This document shows positions 19,246-28,700 of a stretch of DNA of 64,000 nt, piece after piece. Under the pieces are notes generated by a model that was given only the letters and a program-made list of their open reading frames with translations, had not been told where the DNA came from and searched no databases. Within the stretch, counting starts at the first letter, position 1; each line of letters opens with the position of its first letter. A program made the translations under genes and the position numbers. The stretch comes from a virus: the IMG/VR virus record IMGVR_UViG_3300033143_006513. The stretch is one strand, 5' to 3'.

Positions 19246-22200
19246 CTATCTCACTATATCTTCAGCCAAGGCTATAAGTTTAACAGAATAAATATCCCCG
19301 TAATCATCTAATGGAACATCCAACTTTACAAAAAAATTTTCGGCGGAATGAGGTAATATAGGCCCAACCCTAACAGGTGAACCAAAATAAACTCTACTTA
19401 AAATTGGAGTAGCATTCGTATTAGAACTTGATTTAAAAATAGCTTTTAATTGAACATATCTCTTACCTATAATACTGCCAGAACTTTTCGAACCTAAAGG
19501 CACCCAATCAAGTAAATCAGACCATATCAAATCATTATTTGATAAATAATTTAAATTATAATACGATACTTTATTTTCTGGATTGTAATCAAAAAATACA
19601 ACATTACCACTATTTATATATGGAAGAGGGTAATCCGACACAGCAACAAATCCTTCTTTAGTATATGTTGTCAGTTTAGAATCAACAATCAAAATAACAT
19701 AATCAAAGGTAATCTTATATATATCATTCACTCCAGCAACACCTGTGTCTAAAAACTCAAGCTCATACCCCAAATTTGATTGAACATACCGCATCCTCTT
19801 TAAATTTCCATTCAACGTTACATAATATATCCACTCTGTATTATAATCAAATTCAACATTCTTACTAAAATCTATATCATCAACCGTATAGTTATAATAT
19901 ACCCCGTCATTACTAAGTAAAACAGAGCTATTTGTACTTTTTATAACAACAAATCCTTCATAAATATAAAATATACGGTAAGCATTTGCGATATAATCTT
20001 CCTCGCCCAACACATAATTATATACATATACACCTTTATCAGTAGAAACAAACATTTGTTGCGCGTATTTACTCCACGCAACATGATTTATAGAACTATA
20101 AATAACACTAGATCTCATACAGGGTATTCCAAGAGACAATGGAAATCCTACAAGATATTTATCCGAAGTATGATATAAAACATATGAACCATTATACGCA
20201 AACCACGACCCTGTTACATTCGCTAAAGAATATCCAGTTAAACTAAACACGTGAGTTGGTGTAATGTAATTAAAACTATTATAAACAGACCCATCTATTG
20301 TTACTTTAATTGTGTTATTGTCATAATAAACATCACAAGATTTTGAAAGACTAGCACTAGAACTATAAAATGTTTTTCCTGTTGCTAAAGAAGATTCTAT
20401 AAATGTATTTGTATTATCAATATAATAGATATGACAAAAATCTACAGGTTTATCATTAGCATATCGCATATAAAATTCTAAATAAGCATCTCTTACAAGA
20501 CTATATTCAAAATTATAAATAATAATTCCCGTCTCTCCAACATCTATAACTGGAGAAACAAACGCACCTGTCTTATAATACTTAGTAGAATCATCAAACA
20601 TAGCGCTTCCTATATATAACGCGCCATATGCAGATTGACCAGTAAGTGTATTCATAAGAGTTGAAGTAAAACAATTTTTAATGGTTGGTGTTTCAAAATT
20701 ATAAGTACAGTTATTATTATAATCTTTTCTTAAACTTGTACTTTCTGTAGAAGATGTTATCACATTAAGCCTAATAAAAGTATAATTAGACAAATAATAT
20801 ATATAATCAGAAGTATAATCATATATGCTATATACACGGTTTACCCCATCATAACGATAGCTTGGCGGATCAGGATAGGATGAAACATTATAACTACCTT
20901 GTGGTAATCTTGCTTCATTAATTACATTATAATCCATTAATAGCCACGCTATTAATTTTCCAGAATTATTATTATAACTTATATCAGAAAACTCCTGGTC
21001 AGACAAAACCCTATTAAATGTAGTAAACTCTGTAATCCTAGAAGATGAAGTAGAATTATAATCTGAAGAAGTAGTATTTTTATATGGAGAACCCCTAGTA
21101 TACAAAAAATGTAATTCAGCACTTGAAGTATAACCATAACATGTAGCACCAATACCAGAAGATGTAATATTTTGACCATTAATATACAAGTTTATAGACG
21201 TACCACCATCACACGATAAAGAAGCGCCTAAATCAACCCAGTCTCCTTTAGATATTCCAGCAGATGACATCGGGTAAGTTACAGTCAAACTAGTTGTATC
21301 TTTCCTACAACAAGCAATGATATCGTTATTATCAAACCCAACTTCAAACCCATCTTCTTGATAACTATCAAGCACAAACGGCATATAAGTAGCCACATTT
21401 GGTATTTTAACTCTAGTATGTACAGAAAATTTATAACCTGTTTTTAAACCTATACTTCCTCCTTCCCATTTAAATAGACGAGTATACGACCAACTACTCG
21501 CATATACAGAACCCCTTTCTGGTATATCTGAAGTAGTAATATTTAAAGGATACGATGTATAAAAATAATAATTATTCATTAAATTATTAAACCTTGTTTC
21601 TGTACACGGGTTATATATTATACACCCGTAGTCGTACAAATCTTCTAAAGAATCAAAAACATATACACCGGACGGGCAAACAACAGAAGCGTTATAAGTA
21701 TAACTCATAGCTCTAGACGTATATTGCGAAACAGCTAAAAACAAATAATCATTACCTGTATTATAATTTAAATCACATGTAAAAGAAGTTCCACCTTGAG
21801 CAAGATTACTTCCATTGTTCTGTTTTCCATTAACAGTAACATATGGTAAATAATACAAACTATGAATAACATCTGTATCAATATCTATATACCCAAAAAA
21901 AGAATAATATCTATCTATAACATCATTATAGGTTTGATTTATATATCCGCCTAAACTTTCTCCAGCTATATAGATTTTCTTATCCAAATCCCAAGTAGCA
22001 GATATAACAGTACAATTAGAAATACTACCATATGTTTTTGGAGCAGAAATAGAACTCCAAATATCTGTGCTTATTGTATATTTATAATAATGTCCTTTAT
22101 TAAAATTAATATAATAAACAACATCGTGTGTTTCAACCAAATAACCGCTTACTACATCAATAAGATTGTTTGGAACCACAGAACCCAAAACAGTATATTC

Positions 22201-24450
22201 TTTAGTAACAAAATTAAAAGACATAAAAACAGACATAGTACCAGCTGTTGGTGTTGTATCCCTAGAAAATCCATATATAATAGATTCACTCATACTATAC
22301 TTTGAAGTTAAATAAAAATCAGGGACAACCTCTCCAGCGTCTAACCACGCCCAAACAATCTTGTATCTTGATTCTGAAATAGGCAATAAAGACAAGGTAT
22401 TATTATAATTATTAAGGATATTAACATCTGTACTTATATACCTATAATGAGAAAGCCTTGCTAAACGAACAGTATTAGATTTGACAAATGCTATATTCTG
22501 AGCACAGCTACTAACAACAGACATACTAAAAGACGAACTATAATCAAGCACCTTTAAAAGTGATCCCCAGCCGTCTTGAGAGTATGGCAAGCTGTAAACA
22601 GCCGACGTTGTTATAAAAGAAATATAACCACAAATATCTTTAATTTCTGATACATTACTTAATCCTATATGTTGTGATACAGCTATAATATTTAAAGTAT
22701 CAACATCATATTTAAACATAGTATTACCATTAAACACAAACAACATATCATCGTTATGGGTTAATTTCAGAGAAGACACATTGAAACTTACAACACTGTC
22801 AGTAGTTCCATTATTTAAATTATATCTAAATACTTCACTGACTGATGAAACATAATAAGTATAAAAAACGTAAGCTTCTGACGCAGAAATACAAACATTA
22901 TCTGATGTTGGAACGGTGTGTAATAAAGACCAAGTATCTGTAATTACATTATATTTATATACACCACCATCATAATATATAAAATAAATATAATTTTTTT
23001 TATTATCAAACACCCATCTATGTTTATTACTTGGTATACTTGTTTCAGAAACAAAAGAGGGATACGCTCTATCATAAAAATAACTGGTTCTAAGGTCATA
23101 AAAACCAAACGTATCTTTAGATAAATACCATAAACATTTTCTACTATTATCATGTAATATGATTGCGCCGCTGCTGTTTATGTTTGTATTATAAGGTGTA
23201 TCTATAATTATATCGTTATTTATTCCAGAATTAAATTCTCCACTAGTCCAGCTAATGTCTTGTGGTAATGATATAGAATTAGAAAAATAATTTTTTCCAT
23301 CATTTGAAACACTAAGTGCTTTATATCGATTAGAATCATAACAAAAAATATAGCCAAAACTTTGATAATCTGTATTATTATATAGTTCGATTGGATAATC
23401 CGTAGACTTTTTTCCTCTTACAATCGTCCCACAGAACAAATTATCAACACCGCTCGCCAATGTATAGCTATCACTCCATGTATAAACGCTAATCCCTGTT
23501 ATTATGTTTGGTATAGTAAAATCAAACTCCAAATATATTTGTTTCGGATAATTTTTTTCTAAATCAAAAATAAAACCTGATGTTGTTGTACTCGTATTGA
23601 TGGAGCGTCTCTGCCCATTTAATACTATCTCTGGATAAGCTAACGCGTTTTCTATGAAGATATTATCGGCATAATTTGGAAACCATGTCAGATCAGAGAG
23701 AACCCCTTTGAAAAACCCCACTCCTAATTTCCCACCCAAATGGATAATTGTGCTGCCGCCGAAAAAATTACAAGATCTATTCACTTCTATAAAACTAGCA
23801 TTACATCCTATGCGTAATTTTGTTTTTGGCTGACATCTTATAGATATCAGATTCCAAGTTCCTGATATCACAGTCAGACCAGTGTCAAATAATTCCTCAG
23901 AAGTACCGTTATACAGCATTAAAGATAAATTGTTATCTTGTGTAATTCCAAGACCTAAAATTTCATTTGTTGGGCCTTCTGCTCTGAAAAACAGATTATC
24001 CTGTGTAACTCCAGCCACATGTTCAGATTGTTTAAAATATAATAATGTAGTATATGCCGAAGAAAATAAAAAATAAGGAGATGATTTAAGGTATGACGTG
24101 CTGTCGCAAAACATTCCACTACATACAACCCCTTGAGTAGGTGTAACTCCGTGATTTTCAAATTCTAAATCTAAATAATTTTCATTAACATGATCAAGAC
24201 AATCACTAAAAGAATAATGAGCACAGGGATACCCTAAGTCCCTGATTTCATTATAGAAACCGGAAGCTGTTACACCGCTTGTGGTAGCAAGAGTTACAAC
24301 AACATTAGAAATATTCACATTAAAATCAAAATTTAACCTGAAACTTTTATTCCCTGCGGGTATCAAAACATTAACTAGATCGATATAGGGTATAATCGTA
24401 TCGGAATCAACTTCGTATATAAAACTTTCACTAAACAGGTCTAATATCAT
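19246..24450 (-). CDS. large virion structural protein with LamG domains and kelch-like propellers
   Basis: 1734 aa; N-terminal LamG (GTWNLISIR...HLGG...FFKGVLSDL), kelch-like YKYNVITDTWSLL and YKYTISTDIWSSI, second LamG (GDWVDLGASL...LYING...FNRVLSDQE), C-terminal RYVQLKAIF...TPIL. Confidence 0.7.
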   Translation of the reverse strand: MILDLFSESFIYEVDSDTIIPYIDLVNVLIPAGNKSFRLNFDFNVNISNVVVTLATTSGVTASGFYNEIRDLGYPCAHYSFSDCLDHVNENYLDLEFENHGVTPTQGVVCSGMFCDSTSYLKSSPYFLFSSAYTTLLYFKQSEHVAGVTQDNLFFRAEGPTNEILGLGITQDNNLSLMLYNGTSEELFDTGLTVISGTWNLISIRCQPKTKLRIGCNASFIEVNRSCNFFGGSTIIHLGGKLGVGFFKGVLSDLTWFPNYADNIFIENALAYPEIVLNGQRRSINTSTTTSGFIFDLEKNYPKQIYLEFDFTIPNIITGISVYTWSDSYTLASGVDNLFCGTIVRGKKSTDYPIELYNNTDYQSFGYIFCYDSNRYKALSVSNDGKNYFSNSISLPQDISWTSGEFNSGINNDIIIDTPYNTNINSSGAIILHDNSRKCLWYLSKDTFGFYDLRTSYFYDRAYPSFVSETSIPSNKHRWVFDNKKNYIYFIYYDGGVYKYNVITDTWSLLHTVPTSDNVCISASEAYVFYTYYVSSVSEVFRYNLNNGTTDSVVSFNVSSLKLTHNDDMLFVFNGNTMFKYDVDTLNIIAVSQHIGLSNVSEIKDICGYISFITTSAVYSLPYSQDGWGSLLKVLDYSSSFSMSVVSSCAQNIAFVKSNTVRLARLSHYRYISTDVNILNNYNNTLSLLPISESRYKIVWAWLDAGEVVPDFYLTSKYSMSESIIYGFSRDTTPTAGTMSVFMSFNFVTKEYTVLGSVVPNNLIDVVSGYLVETHDVVYYINFNKGHYYKYTISTDIWSSISAPKTYGSISNCTVISATWDLDKKIYIAGESLGGYINQTYNDVIDRYYSFFGYIDIDTDVIHSLYYLPYVTVNGKQNNGSNLAQGGTSFTCDLNYNTGNDYLFLAVSQYTSRAMSYTYNASVVCPSGVYVFDSLEDLYDYGCIIYNPCTETRFNNLMNNYYFYTSYPLNITTSDIPERGSVYASSWSYTRLFKWEGGSIGLKTGYKFSVHTRVKIPNVATYMPFVLDSYQEDGFEVGFDNNDIIACCRKDTTSLTVTYPMSSAGISKGDWVDLGASLSCDGGTSINLYINGQNITSSGIGATCYGYTSSAELHFLYTRGSPYKNTTSSDYNSTSSSRITEFTTFNRVLSDQEFSDISYNNNSGKLIAWLLMDYNVINEARLPQGSYNVSSYPDPPSYRYDGVNRVYSIYDYTSDYIYYLSNYTFIRLNVITSSTESTSLRKDYNNNCTYNFETPTIKNCFTSTLMNTLTGQSAYGALYIGSAMFDDSTKYYKTGAFVSPVIDVGETGIIIYNFEYSLVRDAYLEFYMRYANDKPVDFCHIYYIDNTNTFIESSLATGKTFYSSSASLSKSCDVYYDNNTIKVTIDGSVYNSFNYITPTHVFSLTGYSLANVTGSWFAYNGSYVLYHTSDKYLVGFPLSLGIPCMRSSVIYSSINHVAWSKYAQQMFVSTDKGVYVYNYVLGEEDYIANAYRIFYIYEGFVVIKSTNSSVLLSNDGVYYNYTVDDIDFSKNVEFDYNTEWIYYVTLNGNLKRMRYVQSNLGYELEFLDTGVAGVNDIYKITFDYVILIVDSKLTTYTKEGFVAVSDYPLPYINSGNVVFFDYNPENKVSYYNLNYLSNNDLIWSDLLDWVPLGSKSSGSIIGKRYVQLKAIFKSSSNTNATPILSRVYFGSPVRVGPILPHSAENFFVKLDVPLDDYGDIYSVKLIALAEDIVR

Positions 24451-24451
24451 G

Positions 24452-25708
24452 TTAAAATTTCCAATCCTCTAAATGTAAATTAACTATACAATCATTAGTT
24501 TCTAATAAGTAATCAATAACAATACTTAGTTGTTTTCTTGTCGGAAGTAACCTATTTGATTTTATGTGTAATATTTTCCATCCACGAGAAATCAAAAACA
24601 TATCTCTTTCAGCATCATGTTCCTCTTTATCTTGATGCCAATACTGACAATCATATTCAACAGCAATTTTTTGGCTTCTTCGCATTATTGCTACATCTAT
24701 ATGATATCTTGATTCAGGATAATTGAGACTACCATAAAGTAGATTATCTAACTTTATTTGTGGTTTTGAAACCATAACCCCGTTTATTCTATTTTGACAA
24801 TAGGGACACCCCCTACCTCTATAAATATCAGCATATCTTGCTAACCATTTATGTTTTTTATTACATTGCCACAAAGTTTTAGTCGAAGCATTTTTTGGTA
24901 AATCTTTACCAATCCATTTAAAACCACGAGTTTCAGCTAATTCATGATAATCTTCTTCTGTTCTTCTAATTAACCCAGCACAATAAGGACAACCACTACC
25001 ATAACTAATGTTACCATATGTAGCTTCCCACCTATGCTCCTTTTTACATTCCCATAAAGTTTTCGTTTGTATGTTTTTAGGCAAATTTATACCAACCCAT
25101 TGAAATCCTTTTCTTTTTGCTAAATTATGATAATCTTTTTTTGTTTTTCTTATTTTACCAACACAATAAGGACACCCACTTCCCTGTTGAATATCATTAT
25201 ATCTTGCTTGCCATTTATGTCCTTTTTCACATTTCCACAAAGTCTTAGTATTAGCGTTTTTAGGTAATGTAAAACCCGCCCATTTAAACCCTCTTTTTTC
25301 TGCTAATACATGATAATCTTTTTTTATCTTTTTAATCACGCCGGCACAATAGGGACAACCCCTACCTTGTTTAATACTACTATACGTTGTTTCCCATTTA
25401 TGTTCTTTTTTACATTCCCATTTTGTTTTCATACAGTTATTTTTAGGCAATACACCACCAATCCATTTAAGTCCGCGACATCTGGCTAATGCATAATAAT
25501 CTTTTTTTGTTTTTTTAACATTTCCAGAACAATAAGGACAACCGTTTCCATGCCGTAAAGCATTATAAGTAGCTTCCCATTCATGTCCATTTTTACATTT
25601 CCACCAAGTTTTTGTATGGGTATTTTTAGGCAACACCTCACCAACCCACTTAAAATCGCGTTTTTCTGCTAATTCATAATAATCTTTTTCCGTTTTCCTT
25701 CTCGACAT
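24452..25708 (-). CDS. zinc-ribbon (treble-clef) repeat protein with C-terminal DUF559/Vsr-like PD-(D/E)xK endonuclease; putative free-standing homing endonuclease (copy 1)
   Basis: Five ~61-aa repeats with W.C..[GE]H.W...GCPYC, followed by SKPQ...IDVAI...KIAVEYDCQYWH...D..RD..L...GWKILHIK; 1-nt gaps to structural genes on both sides. Confidence 0.85.
   Translation of the reverse strand: MSRRKTEKDYYELAEKRDFKWVGEVLPKNTHTKTWWKCKNGHEWEATYNALRHGNGCPYCSGNVKKTKKDYYALARCRGLKWIGGVLPKNNCMKTKWECKKEHKWETTYSSIKQGRGCPYCAGVIKKIKKDYHVLAEKRGFKWAGFTLPKNANTKTLWKCEKGHKWQARYNDIQQGSGCPYCVGKIRKTKKDYHNLAKRKGFQWVGINLPKNIQTKTLWECKKEHRWEATYGNISYGSGCPYCAGLIRRTEEDYHELAETRGFKWIGKDLPKNASTKTLWQCNKKHKWLARYADIYRGRGCPYCQNRINGVMVSKPQIKLDNLLYGSLNYPESRYHIDVAIMRRSQKIAVEYDCQYWHQDKEEHDAERDMFLISRGWKILHIKSNRLLPTRKQLSIVIDYLLETNDCIVNLHLEDWKF
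24791..25708 (-). repeat. 5 tandem ~183-nt (61-aa) zinc-ribbon repeats
   Basis: Units of the form KKT.KDY..LA..RGFKW.G..LPKN..TKT.W.C...H.W.A.Y..I..G.GCPYC repeated five times in the translation. Confidence 0.92.
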
Positions 25709-25720
25709 TTTAATAAACCC
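25706..25720 (-). promoter_or_regulatory. leader/RBS of zinc-ribbon nuclease copy 1 (GGGTTTATTAAAATG), overlapping the upstream stop
   Basis: Minus strand reads GGGGTTTAT-TAA-A-ATG; similar leaders at 55147-55164 and 56843-56857. Confidence 0.5.
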
Positions 25721-28700
25721 CGACCCATTTTAATTTTAAATTTAACTCACTCAACTGCTTGTTCTTCCCCTTATACTTAACAGGTAAAGAAATAAAATTT
25801 CCAGGTTGTATTTCACCAATAAACAGTGGAGAATTCTCAACAAGATTTTTACCATCTATAATCAAAGTATCATCAGTTATTTCTGATTCTATATTGCTCG
25901 AATAAATTTTTATATTTTTTATCTTGCCACATAACGATAGCATATCTTGAGAACCAACATTAACACCTGTTCCCCCTACCATAATACCAGTAACTTTTAA
26001 TTCCGTTATTTCTATTAAACTAAATTGTATTCTTCCAATCAATAAACCATTAACATATAACTCAACCCAGAAATAACCACCCTTACAAAACCAATCTAAT
26101 TTCAATTTTACTTTGTCGTTTATATTAAACCCATGCGCCCTACCAAAAATCTTTTTTGTTCTTATATCATGCTTATAAGAATACATCTTTAAAATAAATT
26201 CTCCAGTGATCGTGTTAACAAGCGACATACATAATTCATCACTAAACATACTTAATAAAATTTTATCTGATAATTCGTTTCCAAATATTAAACCATTACT
26301 GTCCCAATACGAAACATAATCCATATGTATAGAACCTGCTAATTTTTCAAAATATAAAGGTATATAAAAAGAATCCTTCTTAGATGACAGGACGTTTTTA
26401 ACAGAAGATCTGTCAACAAAGATGTTATCTAATACTAAAATTCCTGATTCGTGTAAATAAGTTCCACCAAACCACACATTAAATATATCCAAATCATTAA
26501 ATAAAAGATTATTAGTAAGTAAATTAAAAACATACTTAGTTACTTTGCTGTCATAGAAATTAAATCTAAAATTATTCCAGCCACTTACTAAACTAAAGTC
26601 CCACCTATAATACCTACCACTCTCTTTTGCCCCAATACATAAATAAAAACTATCAACGCTATTAGCTGAATATATTCCCAACACCAACTCATCTGTAATA
26701 GCCCACTCCTCATCCATCCCAAATTGTTCATCATAAGTTCCTATTTCAAAAACAGTACTCTTAAAAAATCTTACTCCTATAGAAGTAGAAGTCCCTTGTA
26801 TGTAAAAGAACTCTTCATAAAGTTCAGCATCCCCAGTATATACTTTCCAAGAATCTATAGACCCAGTCATCGTTTCAGACGTAACATCTACCGTATATTC
26901 ATTTATTATAAAACCACAATCATACAAATTATTAGAGATAGCTAACACAGAAACAAACTTATCATTTGGTAAGTTGCTCAAATCTAAACTAGAAGCAACC
27001 ACACACTCATCCATAAATTGATTACTTAAATAATAATTTAATGAGCATGATCCTGTTTTAGATGTATCAATAGAATCTAATTTCAATGAGGTTTCTAATT
27101 CATAAACGTTACATAAAGTGTTATCAAACTTTCTTGTTGTAGAGGGGGACAAAACTTTAACATAGTTTATAAATGCGACATTGCCTGTAAGATGTGTCCC
27201 ATTAAAAAAGAATTCTGGTGTTTGTTTAACTTCTTGAATTATTAAATCAATAGTAGTAAAAAAAACAGAATCAAACTCAGCAACTATAGTTGAATTAATA
27301 TTATTTTCTATACTAAAAACTATTACGGAATCAATCACTATGCTACATTTAGTTATATATCCAGTGTATTCTATCCCAATATCATATCCAGATTTTATAA
27401 CAATACGATTACATTTTCCTCCGCCGCCAAATAATTTTAAGCTAATGGTTAAACTATCAGAAAAATTAGATATCATATAATCATTAATATCTGTTTTATT
27501 TCTTTTCCATTTAATATTATACACATCTGTTAAACTTGAACTTACCGAAAGCACAGAACCGGGAACCAAATCTATATACCCATACTCGCCACTATACACC
27601 CACCTAGATTTATCACAACCATTTACAACTGGAAATACACTAAATACTCCTGGAGTTAAGCTTGAAGCATTATAACTAATATCGTTAGACAACACATACC
27701 ACCTAGCATCATACAAAGAACATGGGGTATTTATTAAACTTGGATCATCTGTATCATCTGAATAATAATTTGTATGTAAAAAGTTATTAGCTTGAGATTG
27801 AATAAGAGATCCGATACCAACAGTAGAACCAAAATCTATAAAAAACTTATATTGAATATTATAAATATCTATACTAGAGTTAAGGTACCCTAACTTACTC
27901 AAATAATTACTATAATATAATAACAAATCCGAAGAACTTATCTCTTTTCCTGACCATATAAACTCATCTATAGTAGATGAGGTATTTCGTCCAAGATATA
28001 AACCCGAGTTATATATATTTAAAGGTTCGTAACATTTATAATCCACAATAGTATTGTTATGAGCTAGTTTTAAATTTATTCCTAAACCATCTACTGTATT
28101 AATATTGTCTAAGGTTTCACTATATGTTTGATATCTATCAAATACTCTTATTGTATCTATATATCCTTGTATGAATAATCTAAAACTACTATCTACAGAG
28201 GGCATTAAGTATTCAGAAAAATAATAATCATTATCTCCACCGTAAAAAGTAACACCGCCTGGAGTATTACCAAAAGACAAATAATTAAATTCATTTTCCT
28301 TACTTGTTATTGTTTTCTCTAAACCCCTTGGTGTATTTAAATAAATATTTGTATTGTTGTGTGGGGAAAATAACACAAAAACAGGAATTGTATCTATAAC
28401 TTTAGGTTCATAAAAAGAATTATTTGAATAAATTTCAGCGCGCATTTGATAACCATTTATATGGCTTAATAAACTACTTCTAGAAAGATTAATTCTACAA
28501 TCCAGTATATCAAACATTATATCAGGGTAACCACTAGCAATATAAGCTAAATGGTAAGAAGAAAGACCAGAAAGATAACACTTTCTTAAATAAACATAAA
28601 AAGACTGTGTACCTTCAATTTTAAATATATATGTACTTGATGTAGCAATATATTTACAATTATCCATTGTAAAATAACTAATTTCATCACCCTGTGTTCT

